Of a stretch of 64,000 bases of DNA, positions 9,982-22,882 are shown in pieces. This DNA comes from Girardia tigrina. Its lineage: Eukaryota. The stretch spans positions 1 to 64,000 of the forward strand of contig MQRK01255023.1 of assembly GCA_001938485.1 (NCBI GenBank). The letters are read 5' to 3'. Each line of letters begins with the position of its first letter. The stretch's first letter is position 1. A model generated the notes under the pieces. It ran no database searches. It saw only the letters and a program-made list of their open reading frames with translations, and was not told where the DNA came from. Both the position numbers and the translations under genes were made by a program.

Positions 9982-12455
9982 TGTGGAATAATTTATGTAA
10001 ATATTAATGTATTTTAATGTGTGTGTTGTTTTAATAATCATTATTGTAAATTCTAATTCAAATATATTTTTCTTAGTTAGATATTCTCTTTCACAACAGT
10101 GACGTCATGAGCAAGATCAAAGCCGATAGTGGAGATCACCAGTCGAAATTACTGGAAGTAATTTTGAATTGAATCCTGAAAAAAGACTCCGCCAAAACTC
10201 CGAAAACATTCGAAGAAGGGGACGATGCTGTCCAATTTTTGAAATGCATATATGCATTTATGCGGTAACTTCAAATATCGGAGGAAACACAAGCTGACTC
10301 CTTCATGGAATACTTGGAGGAAGATGTTCAGTGTTTTCTGAAGTCGCAATGGGGTTACATCCAAAACCAAAAGAGTTTCGAATGGCTCAAAGAAACATTT
10401 TTGAAGTTGTTCTGACGAAAGAAGTCAGATATTTCATTGTGGATGAAACTATTCGGAATTCGACAGAAGGATGGTCAGTAAACGAAGGAGTTTATGAAAG
10501 AAGTAAGAATTCGTTGTTTTAAAAAATTACCGGAGTTGACATCCGAAGAAAGAGAGCCAAAAACTCTCCAAGTTTTTATAAATGATTTAATGAATGACAG
10601 AGCTCAAAATGCACTAAAAGTGTTGCAGCCTAAAACTTTGGATGAAGCATTCGAGATGATAAAAAAAGAATGTGTAACTCAGAAGATATCGACAAGAGTA
10701 AATGTGCTGGCCGAGAATGATGAAATTCGAATGCTCTGGGATGAAGTTTCAGAACTGAACAAATGTATTACCTCATTGCATGAAACGGTAAAAGAGGTGC
10801 AGCAAGAAAGACAATCGAGTCAATGGAAAGGCGATAATAGAACGAGAAATCCTGACAAAGAAACAAGTGGATGTTGGAATTGTGGGAGCAGCAGTCACAT
10901 TTTGAGAGACTGTAAAACGTCTCGATTCTGCAAAAAAATGCAACAAAAAGGGGCATATAGATAAGTTTTGTCCAAACGGAAAACGTAAATCAGTCCATGT
11001 GGTCGAGTCTGCCAGTATATTTAGTAATGAAAGTGAAACAGACACGGGAACAGGTACGGAAGAACCGAGCATTTGTCATATTTCAAATGCAAAGAAGTAG
11101 TATGCCAGAGCGGTGAAAGAAACAGTTCCAAAACAAAAGGAACAGAATAATTTTCGAGTAAAGAAGAGCAGTTATAAAGTAAAAGATCAGAACAAACCAA
11201 TGTGTTACGGTCGGATCAATGGGAACAGTAAAAAGATCTTATTAGACACCGGAGCNNNNNNNNNNNNNNNNNNNNNNNNNNNNNNNNNNNNNNNNNNNNN
11301 NNNNNATAAAACATTGAAAACCAGACGTTCATCCAGAAAAATCAAGTGTGCAGATAGATTTACAGTGCCTGTACGAGCGGAAGTATCCCTGATAGTTGAA
11401 TTGGGTGCTAAAGGGAAAAGTTGTAATTTCTTTGTTGTGAATGGATTGAGCCCGGATATAATTCTTGGGATACGGAACATGAAGAGTCTTGGAGTTAAGA
11501 TTGATCTCGATAATAGTGGTGTTAATAGTGGAACAATTTTCGTTCCGAAACTTTTGAGAGCTAGATCGTACAGGAACTTTGTGCTCTTCCCGGAATTAGA
11601 AAATCTCGGAGCTCACCATATTATCCTCAAGGTGACGGGGTAATTGAGAGACTATTTGGTACAACAAAAGACATGCTTTACGCAACAGTGAAATTATCTG
11701 GATGTGAATGGGAAGAGGCGATCCCGTTTGTTGAATTTGGACTAAGAAATACAATTTGTAGAAGCACTGGATTCTCACCCTTCGAGGTGATTTTTGGACG
11801 GAAAATGAAGTCTTTCTACTCGGAAAAGAAAGTGAGTCCAGCAAATGATGGAAACTATTGCAAATATATCAGAGCTTCAACAAGTGTTACAAGTGGTGAG
11901 CCAACAAATCAAAACCAAACAAGAAATTAAAAAGCCAGCTACATCAGGTTCAGGGGGTTGTCTAGCAAGTGGTGATCTAGTACAGGCTAGGATACTACCG
12001 CAAATCAAAGGAATCGAAATGCCGAGGTACGAAGGGTGATCGGTAAACTGGGGAAGCATGCGTACAGATTAAAAAGGATTAGTGATAGAAGAATAATAGA
12101 GATAAATGTGGTGGATATCAAAAGATTGAGAACACCACAAAATGACACTAGAAAATCAGAAAAGGCTACAACAATTATGTCAAAAAGTATCAAAAATGAT
12201 CATCATGATGTACATGAAGAAGACCAGATGTCATATGAAGATCGACGGAATATTAATGAAACAAGAGTGAGACGCAATCCATTTCGAGACCGACAGAAGC
12301 CTAAAAGATACAGAAATTAAGTTGTCGAACAGGGTGAGTGTGGAATAATTTATGTAAATGTTAATGTATTTTAATGTGTGTGTTGTTTTAATAATCATTA
12401 TTGTAAATTCTAATTCAAATATATTTTTCTTTGTTAGATATTCTCTTTCACAACA
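9982..12455 (+). mobile_element. Internally deleted, non-autonomous Ty3/Gypsy element with 117-bp LTRs
   Basis: LTRs 9982-10098 and 12339-12455 (TG...CA, 2 mismatches), TSD CATAT, PPT agggtgag. Gag with CWNCGSSSHILRDC; protease ILLDTG; then directly integrase C-terminal half (SPYYPQGDGVIERLF...TGFSPFEVIFGR...RYEG). No RT or RNase H. Confidence 0.92.
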
Positions 12456-14139
12456 CATATTTTCAGATAATAAGAATTAAAATATTAATCATCCATCTGG
12501 GTAGGAGAGACATAATTCCAAATCGGCACACAACATTCAAACACAAAACATTCAAAATATTCTACACAGTGATTTTTAGTGAAAGTATGTTTTGTGCTAT
12601 GTTGTTTTCCAGACCGAGGTTCAGTGCTGTATTTGACTGTCCACCGTCTAAAAGGTACTCTTAATACATGAAAAATAGAGGATGAGTATCTTTCGATACA
12701 ACAGAAATAAATTAACATTTACATAATAACTGTTAATACATCGAAAATGAAACACACAATTGTTTTCACAAATACAAATACTTGCTCGATTGTTGTCGCT
12801 GTTACTCGTTGGTCGGTTGGAGTTGTTGAATGGCTGTCGGTTCATTTCGGTTGTGTTGTCGGAGTGATCTATGATGTTTTGATCAGTTTGGGTTTTGATC
12901 TGGTGTTGCTGTCATTGAATCTGTGTCGGTGTGGGACGCCGGTGATCCGTTTTCATGTGACCGGTTGACGTATTGTCGATGCACCTCCCCTTGGGCTGGT
13001 CTCTGATCGCGGACTGTGGCACCAGTTCTAACGTGCAGTCGCATTGACGGCTCTATCAGTCTACGCACAGGGGGCCTCGGAGAGCATGTTGGTCGTTGAT
13101 ATTTGGGGGACGTCAGCATTAGATCTGTGTGACCCGGTTGGTACCCTGTTTGGTTCGATCGTGTGATACCGATTTTTGATCGGTGAATATTGATGCTGAA
13201 CTCTGTGGCACACGATCAACGGCGGCTCTAGTCAGTGTCGGTGATCCGATTCCCCAAATCGGAGCTATGAGTGCTTCCTGGTTTGTTTCGGGATAATTGT
13301 TGTCACTTCTGTCGGCTCAGACAGTTCCGGTAGCTCCAAACAGTTCAGACCGCTCTGTCGGTTCAAACTGTTCTGACCGTGCCGGCGGTTCTTTATTATG
13401 ATGGATCCCCGAGTGGCGGTTCTGGTTCCAGAGCGCTGCCTGTCTTGATAGCCTCGGCAGTTGATGATGGAAGTGAGAGGAGCAAGTAAAAATCTAGTTT
13501 AATAACGGTTCATACTTGGTGCCCAATAAAAGTCACGACGACACTTAGTAACGGCTCTTCTTTTAGTCGTCAGTCATTTCGTGATCAAATCACTTATCGA
13601 TTTATTTTCCTTGTCCCTATTGATTTCAAATAGTTTGAAATTCAAATAGTTTTAAATTGACACCCAAGTTCTCAAAAAGTTGTCTATGAGCAAGCGTCAA
13701 CTATTGACTTCAATTGTCTATTTTTAATTTCAAATGGATGACGACCATGGTCATTGTCTCCAAGGCTCTCGTCACCACCACAGTGAAATTTGTTAAGCCA
13801 CCATTGAATATCACTTTCAGTAGTAGTTCTTGTACCAAATGTTTGTTTTTATCACAAGCTACTTCAGCGGTTTTTTCATTGAGTTAAAATTGAAATAAAA
13901 TATACAAGATTTTGTCTTTTCCCGTGTTATATTGAAAAATCTAGAATAAGATAAATGATAAACACTCTTTGAAATGATATACGATAGAAAAGTAATATAT
14001 TGAAAATTGATTTAAAAACAAATCATTAAAAATTAAGTGCCAGTATATACTCCTAGATAAGCTAATAATTTTAAATGGAATAATGATAGGGATTTTTATT
14101 TCCTCCAACATGCCTTAGAAATTTTTCGAATGAAAATAA

Positions 14140-14709
<570 letters not shown>

Positions 14710-15525
14710 TTCTAGATAATTAGACTGTTCAAGTAACATGAATTTTGGCGTTAAATTTCGATTGCTTAAGATCTAATAAATTAAGAGCTCTTCAATAGTG
14801 TTTAGTCCGAAAAATTCAAATTATGTATTGGAGTACAAATGAGCTGCGATGTCGTTCAACATCTGATAAAAAAAGTAGAAAATGGTCTTGATTTTCCTCA
14901 GTTAGCAACTAGTGATAAGATTTCTGAGGAAGCAAAGAATGCTTACATTAAAATAGACAGAAAGAGGTGGCTGTTACCGGCTACACAAAACAACTGCAAC
15001 TTTATCTCACCGAAACTGTTATGAAAGATTAAGAAGCAAATATCATCAAACAACAAGTTAAAAGAAATAAAATAAAAAATTTAATAATAAAAATAAATAA
15101 AATTCAGAAACAAAATGAGCAAACACTGCGAGAACGAATACCACTCTATCAAATCGTTAAAAGAATTAAAATAAATAGTCATCGTCCAATCTTACAAATA
15201 AATGTCAAGAACGACTTCCGAAATAAAATGAAATCAATTGAAAAATTGATTAAAGCAACAGAATTCCGATAAGATTGGGAAAATAATTTGCCGTGTTGCC
15301 AGACAAATTAAGCTACAGTAAATGCACATCAATAAAAGCAAATAATGAGAAATCTGCTAACCGAATATTAACAAACAGTGGTCCGAAAAAAGAAAATTAG
15401 AAAATTAAATAACACGAGATAAAATATGAATATTTTATTCTAACAAATGTCAACAATTCTCATTTCTCAATTACGCTCATCCAAATAACTTATAAGCAGA
15501 ACAGCAGGTCAGTTATTTTATCGAT

Positions 15526-15572
15526 ACACTCACGCACGCACACACACACAGATAGACAGATAGAGAGACAGA
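15526..15572. repeat. Compound (CA)n/(GA)n-like microsatellite in the macoilin 3' UTR
   Basis: acactcacgcacgcacacacacacagatagacagatagagagacaga, about 30 nt past the stop codon. Confidence 0.7.
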
Positions 15573-15599
15573 ACACAGGTGTAATTACACGGTGCATCA

Positions 15600-16087
15600 T
15601 CACCAATTACAATTGCTGATATTCGATTGAGAATCAAGCATGTTGTCGCTCATTCCTGATTGGCTATTGATTCCACTGTAACCGCCAATTAGACCGGGTG
15701 ATGATGACTGACCTGTGGAAAATACAGTGTTGATTGTGGACGAAACAACAGATTGTTGAGAGATATATTCGCCAGATTGTTGTTGTTGTGATGATTGTTG
15801 TTGCTGCTGCTGTTGCTGTGATTGTTGACCGTTTGTTGTGATGCAATTGTTTGATGGTTTTGACCCACATGTAGCCATCATCGTACTGTAGAGAGATGGA
15901 GACATCATTGAATTGTTGCTGTTTGAATAGAAATTCAAATCATCCATCAGAGGTGATGATGATGGTGTCATCGGTGTCTGACGGTGCAGTTGCTGATGAT
16001 GATAAGGTGACTGATGATTAGTGAGATATTCTGATACTCCGTTGATATTCAGTTGAAGAATCTGCATGTCTTTTTGTGTCAGCTGTT
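15600..16087 (-). CDS. MACO1: Macoilin, terminal coding exon (end of coiled coil plus S/N/Q-rich tail)
   Basis: Acceptor ttacag at 16088-16089; phase 1 matches the upstream exon. Reads EQLTQKDMQILQL (compare macoilin GQILQKDQEIKDL), then a low-complexity tail; stop TGA at 15602-15600 followed by a second TGA. Confidence 0.8.
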
Positions 16088-16252
16088 CTGTAATTTAAGA
16101 ATATAATTTCAAATCGAAAACATAAAAGCATGCAATGTTTATTATCAAGAAATATAGATAATTGCACAGGTAGTAGGAAAAAACCATTGTTTCACATTTA
16201 TAGTATCACATCAAACGTCATGTAAAATGATTAGTTTTATTAGCGATATTTT

Positions 16253-17367
16253 GGATCGTCTCCAGATAAGCCCCCCACCCAATAAAGATGATATGAAACA
16301 TGTACCTTTAGTTTTTATTGAAGAGGTTGAAATTGGGATATGTCATTAATAATTTGCATGAAAAGGTTCGTATTTCAGTACATTTGCCTCTAAACGAACT
16401 CACACAAGTAGCTATCCATTAAAGATCGGTGTGTGCCGCGTTGGTGCTTATTATGCATTTTGCAGATGGTTTGTGTGTGAGCTCCGGTCGTTGGACCCAC
16501 GAAGATTTCGGTATGATTAACAGTTTGATGAGTATAATTCATGCCAATCATCGTTTCAATTCCTTGGTATGAAGACCACCTGTCTGAAATAATGATTGAG
16601 CTGAGAGCGATGCAGGCCTGGATTGCATCCAGCAGAATAAACACAGTTCAATCTGACACTGCATACATGAACACTTCCTTAGTCTCCCGATAGATCTCAC
16701 AAATGTACAGCTGGGGAAGAACTCACCCTGTGTGGTTTTTGCGGCGAGATATTAGCGTTTCATCGAATTCGAGGTGTATACCTGTGCCACGGAAAATTGT
16801 TGGAGTCTACAAAAGCCGCTGGCGCAAATATCGCGAAGAAAGTTCTTCCAGTCAACCGCGGTTGTGTGATCAATTGATAATTCCTGAGCAGAATTTGATT
16901 GTAGCCAGATTTTTGGACTAGCAATAAATGAATAGAATAACTATCCTGAACTCTATCCTAGACCGCTCCAGTCAAGTTCCCTTTCGAAGACCGATTTCTT
17001 GTCGACAATGTCGGGCATTACACCTCCAACTGTCAGAAACAGTTTAAAGTGTCATTTGGTGGCCATTGTTGCATAAACGTTGCTGATGGATTACATCGTG
17101 GCTTTGATAAAAACGTATTGCCGTCTCCTTGTCATGAACGAAAGTCGAAAGCGTTAGAAAGTTCATTTCTGGTTTTACGTCTAAACATAGAAAATCTTAG
17201 CACAAAATGGAGTGCTTTTAAATATTCAAATGGCTAGACATCAGAAATAGGTCAAGGTTGTGTGCATGCATTAAACTGGAGCTGGCAACAAGTGCGCATT
17301 AAAGGCAACTTAACCTTTTGCGCATGCACTTTTTGCATTAGTGGTTGGGCTTATCTGGAAAAGATCC
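16253..17367 (-). mobile_element. Merlin (IS1595/ISXO2-like) DNA transposon, complete ends, degenerate transposase
   Basis: TIRs GGATCGTCTCCAGATAAGCCC / GGGCTTATCTGGAAAAGATCC and a perfect 8-bp TSD GATATTTT. Transposase from ATG 17166 with a Cys-rich N-terminus, then IISDRWSSY...HQTVNH...TGAHTQTI...SYLCEF. Confidence 0.9.
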
Positions 17368-17785
17368 GATATTTTAATAGAAATAAAATAAAAAATAAGC
17401 TTGAGTTAAAAAACTATTTAGAAAGCAATTTATACCAAAATAATTCAATTATATTTATCTCAATATAGGATGCTTACATTTTCTAAGTTATTGTTGTACT
17501 GAAGATTAAAAGAATTCTGATTTAAGAATTTTAAAAAAACAAATTTTTAATTAATGATAATTCCAAACACTTGATTTGTTGAAAAACAAAAAAAATAAAA
17601 AAGAAACGTATTATTAAAATTAAAATACATAGACTTATGTAGAAACTCAATAATTATAAAATATGGGTAGTGTCAAAAAATATTCAATGAAATCCTATGT
17701 GTAAAGTTTCCATTTTAAAAAATCGAAAACGGTTTGTGTATTGCAATCTAATCTGGTACATAAATTTAATTTGGTTTCAATACTC

Positions 17786-18817
17786 GGTAAATGGACAGTA
17801 CGGTCCTAAATCTACATGGTGGGACATTACGGTCCCCATATTATATATATTTAAATATATATTATAAATTTATATTATATAATATATATTTAACATATTT
17901 AAAAAATGTTAATATTCTGAAAAGAAAAAGCAATAGAAAAAATTAAATAATAAATCCATATCCTGATATATGTATAAAAGAAATAAATACAAATTATAAA
18001 TTACATCGTTACACACTAAATAGCATTAATGATATTTTCCTAATTACCCTAAAGTCCCATTGGATATTGCTAAATAACTACCGCGAATATATTGTGTTGT
18101 CGTTGAATACTCTGAAACATTATTCACTTGCATTTTGAAGCGTGTGCTTATTATAACATTGAAAATGGAATTTACAAGAACAACAAGAGGAAAAGAAAAA
18201 ATTTTAAATGATGGGTATGAGTATTCATACCACAAAGACCTTAAAGCTGGGGTGAGATATAGGAGCGTTAATCGCACCCAATTTTGGAATTGCCGGGGAT
18301 TTTTGGTTTTAGATTTGGCAAAGAAAAATATTTTAGATCAAGGGGAACACATGCACCCGCCGAACCCTGCGAGTGTAAGTATAACAAAAGCACGAGTTGA
18401 GATGAAACGTCGTGCAGTTGAAACATTTGACCAGCCCAGCAAAATTTATGCTGCTGGTTGCAGCCAGTTAAGCGACGAATCGAGAAGTCAGCTGGTTAAA
18501 GAAGATTCTGTGAAGAGATCCTTAAGAAGGAACAGAAGTGCAAATTTGCCGTCACAGCCCGAAGATTTAGCGAACCTGAGGATTGAAGGTGAATGGAGAT
18601 TATCTGAGCCTGATGGACAACAGTTTTTAGCGTATGACAATGAAGCTGAAAATCGAATTTTAATTTTTGCGACAGACAGAGGACTGTAGTCATTGGCTGG
18701 AGCACAGGTATGGTTTATGGACGGAACGTTCAAAGTTTCGCCTCCAGGTTTTTCAGAGGTATACACTATTTTATCAGATGATTTAGGTAACCTCGTTCCA
18801 AATGCATTTGCAATTTT
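17786..18817 (+). mobile_element. Mutator/MULE transposon 5' part (FLYWCH plus start of MULE domain), truncated
   Basis: From ATG 18165: MEFTRTTRGKEKILNDGYEY...CRG...EHMHPP (FLYWCH), then RILIFAT...WFMDGTFKVSPPGFSEVYTI...VPNAFAIL after one stop. TIR-like ggacagtacggtcc/ggacattacggtcc repeats at 17786-17838. Confidence 0.85.
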
Positions 18818-20600
18818 AATAATTAAAAAATTACATTTACCTTGCATAATAAATTAACTTGGTTTGAGGAAGTCAATAAAAATATGAATATAAAATAACA
18901 TTTCTTGTAAATGCAAAATTCATTAAGACTAAAACTATTGGGATGTGTAAAATAATTGTTGGTATCAAAAATTCGTTTTTGTTGTAAAGGATAAACCTGC
19001 CTTGATTTATCTACAAATAAATACCGACACAGTAAATTCGATTTTACCAAACAAAAAAAATTGGGAGACAAGATATAAATTATCACTTAAGTATAATTTG
19101 TTTGATGTTACAGATTACGAAAGATAAGATTTTAGGTCAAATAAAATCGGAACATGTTAAAACACGTCAGCACATCTGTTTGGTAGAAAATGTAAAATAA
19201 CAAGAAATAAATCAAACCTGAAAAATAATTAATAAATAAATTGAAAATTAATGTTTTAATAATAAAATTAAAATAAAAGAATTTTAGTAATTATTTTATA
19301 AAAATCTTAATACTACTTTTCAAAATATCTAGACAATTTACGACATATGCCTAACTGGTCAATGAAGTCTCTATATTAAAATATTTTAAAAATGTTAAAA
19401 TAAATAAAAAAACCCACACAGCCAGCCCATATTTGGTCTGATTTATTTACTCATTCCATTTCTAACATTTTGAAAATAATTTAAAGATTGGGTAAATAAA
19501 AAACATTTTATAGAAAAATATTTTAAAACTTATTGAATATAACGAGTACTAAAAATAAACGAATGTAGAATACTTTAGTTTAATAGTAGAATATAATCAA
19601 AGTTATTTACTTCTTTTAATAATAATTTATACAGTAATTGAAATATTTTATTGTCTTTCAAGTGTTTTTAAATAAAAAAATATATGTATTACAGGATCCA
19701 TAATAATTAAAATTTATTTATTCATAAGTATAAATTTTGCTATATTATCCATGAATAAATCTTCAAATGACACTTTAATTGGAAAACAAAAGAAACAAAG
19801 TTACTTGAAAAATTCTCAAAAATATTTTATAACGAAGAGAAGAATGATTCCGCTACTCATATTGCCGGAGCACAGAGTATCCTGTGTCGTGAAATCGCCG
19901 CGCATAATAAGTTTGAAAAATATTTTTGAAGAAAACTATCTTCCCCTGAAAAAAATGGACCGAAACCAATAGACAATCACACTAAAGTGAAACATGTGGC
20001 TGAAATTCTATAACTATTCTATAAGAATTATTTCATATAAATGGATTTTTTAAATTAATAGAAAGAAACGGATAATATATTTTTAGACATGTTTTCTTAA
20101 TTTTAAAGACTCGTGAGAATACGATAGTTATTAAATAGGAAACCTGAGGCTATAACCAGCCAAAGAATCTTATCAGAATGAAATGAGTACTCAAAAAGAT
20201 ATCAGGAGTAAGTAAACTTAAACTTCATTTTTCTTGACGAAACTTGGTTTAAATTTCATTCAAGACTCAGTTAAGTTTATAGTCAAAAGAACGTTCCCAT
20301 ATTTATCACTGTCCCTTCAAATAGAAGAAATAAGAACTTTTTTGTCGTAATTTCAAATAATAGTGTTACTTACAAAGTTAATTGAAGAGGCTTTTAATAC
20401 TGAAGGCTTTTGTAATATTTTAATGGCTTTTGCGAAAAAATATTTTTTAGGTTGAAAACCCTAAATATGGTTAACTGTAAGTTCCAGAAAAGAAATACAG
20501 TGTTTACTTTTTTTAGAGAAAACAATATTCGTTGAGGTTATCTTCCCTCAAAGTATGAATGAATGAAGACCATATCATGCAATAATTGTTGGTCAATATA

Positions 20601-20749
20601 GGGTTACTGAACTAATTTCAACAAAAGAACTACTTTTAACAAAAAAGTTAATTTCAACAAATAAACTAAAAATTCCCCTATCCCTAACCAAGTTGAAATT
20701 AGTTCCTTTGTTGAAATAAGTTCCATTGTTGAAATTAATTCTGCATCCC
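20601..20749. mobile_element. 149-bp palindromic MITE with GGG termini and 8-bp TSD
   Basis: TSD TCAATATA (20593-20600, 20750-20757); GGG...CCC ends; three aactaatttcaacaa-like units and three inverted units around a central ccctatccctaacc. Confidence 0.8.
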
Positions 20750-20829
20750 TCAATATAAAACAAACTTTAACCAACTTGAATGAAACTATTAACTCTAATT
20801 AAACAAAATTTATTTACAAAATGAATTCA

Positions 20830-21620
20830 TAAGGGTGAACCAAAGTTTCTATCAAGTTTTTTTCAAAAAATTTAAACACAATTTTACAACAACTAAAAAC
20901 AATTAAGTATCGAAATAAAGAACATTTGAATTAAAGGCTTGAATGTATTTGTATCAGTAAATTTGTCAATCCTGATACAGTACCATTCTTTGTTTCTCGA
21001 GACAAAAAACTCTCGGCACCTTTTTTTCAAACATTGTCCATATTTTTGATGTGACCACGAAGGTGGGGAATTAGATTAGTCGGATGGCCGGTCCGGACTA
21101 TAAGTTTCGTTTGAAAGAAGTTCATTGGCGTTAAGATATTTTATCTTTTCATCTTTTGTCCGGCGATTTATTTTTTGCATTGTCGTGCTGCAGAAGAACA
21201 CGCATTTGATTGATTAAAGCGTGGTATTTTCTGTCAAACGCTGCATACATCCGGTCTCTTAGAGTACAATAGAGGCATGTGTCGAAAGTTTAACCATTTG
21301 CAAGTAGCTCGACGAGAATTGTGCCTTTGAAATTCCTTCACAACACGCAAAAGTTTCTTACTTGAGAATAAATCAAGTTTGGGAGCGGTTTAACCATTTT
21401 TCCTGGGTCCAGTCATTGATTTTGTTTGCCTGGATTGTTAAAATATATTCACTTTTCGTCACAAGTAACAATTCAGTGGATAATACCGTCATCACACAGA
21501 TTTTTAAACAGCTCGATATGTCGTCGAGCTTGAATTTCAGTCACTTAATAAGACACCTTTCGACAGAGCCTATTAACCATTCCTAAATCGTGAAAATTCT
21601 GTACAATTGATATTTGAGGA
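20830..21620 (-). mobile_element. Mariner fragment (3' part), highly degenerate
   Basis: Minus-strand remnants LLQHDNA and YSPD, with a TIR-like aagggtgaaccaaagtttctatc at about 20831. Confidence 0.6.
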
Positions 21621-21639
21621 ATGTTGATTTCGGAGGAAA

Positions 21640-22706
21640 AGCTAATGGTGCTCGCTGATGGAATTTGTGAAATTTTTTTCACTAAGAAAATGTTGCAATG
21701 AAAGAAACAAATGACAATTGGATGGTGCAATATCTGGAGAATATGCAGGTTGTGGTAGAACGTCCCATACCAACTGGCGTATTTTATCCGCCGTGAATCT
21801 TGCGGTATGCGGTAGTGCATTATCATGATGAAAAATTATGCCCTTCCGATTAATAAGCACGGGTTCTTTTTCTCAATGCTTGGTCTAATCTTTTCAATTG
21901 TGCACTATACACTCCACTTGTAATGATTTAGTTGTTTGGTAAGAGTTCAAAATGAAGAATACCTTTTAAAATTCCAGCAAACACATAACATTACCTTTTT
22001 CGCATGCAATTCAGGCTTTGGCGTGGGTTTCACCGCTTCGCTTTCATCCAACCATTGTGGTCGTCTCTTCCGATTAACATGAAAAACCCATTTTTAATCT
22101 CCGGTAACAATTTGTCTAAATACGACAATCGGTCTTGACGAGAGAGAAGCGAACTGCAGATTGTAACTCTTCATTTGTAGTTGTTTTCGGTTAACTCACT
22201 TTCCAACTTGTGGACCTTACCAAGTGACAGCAATTGATTGCAAATAGTTTAAAGCTGTCTCAAGGTCTTGTTACGTAATTTCAGCATTTGTAACTACAAG
22301 AGCCTCAAGTGGTTCCTGGTCAAAATCAGACACATGGCCTCGACCATTCTCGTCATTCAATGAAAAATTTCCATCGCAAAATTTCTTAAACCAACACTGG
22401 CATTTTCTGACACCAACTGTATCTTGACACAAATATATTTTTAGCAGCCTCATTTGCTTTACTTCCCAACTGGAACTTGTAAAGCATGTAATGTCTTATA
22501 TGCTCTTCATCTACCTTCCTTTACTACCTACTTCGAAAAAAAATTTCAACAGTCAAAACACAAAATATTTGCAACAAACCTTGTTAATTAAACTTTACAC
22601 TTTTTGAATATAGTACACTTTTTGTATTTACCACAGGTTTGTAGGTTATATTGATGCATTTAAACGAAGATCAAATAAACGACATTAATCATTACTAGAC
22701 CTAATA
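21640..22706 (-). mobile_element. Mariner element (5' TIR plus DD34D transposase), degenerate
   Basis: TIR ttaggtctagtaatgattaatgtcg next to TA. Motifs HIRHYMLYKF, IVTGD*KWV, HHDNALPHTA, QPAYSPDIAPSNCHLFLSLQHFL. Confidence 0.85.
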
Positions 22707-22882
22707 TTAAACAAATATATTATTATAATTTGATTTTTCAAACAATAATTTTAATTCTGTCACTTATTGTGATATAAGTTTGAGAAATAATTCTTCTTTT
22801 CTTAATGTGTGATACTTTACAAAATATAAATAACAAATATCAAGATATTTTGCAAAATGTTTTTCATATAATCATAACTCAC

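Noticed and set aside
16390-17166. Bacterial IS1595 contamination or recent bacterial transfer
   Set aside because: Embedded with TSDs in a spliceosomal intron and consistent with the eukaryotic Merlin superfamily.
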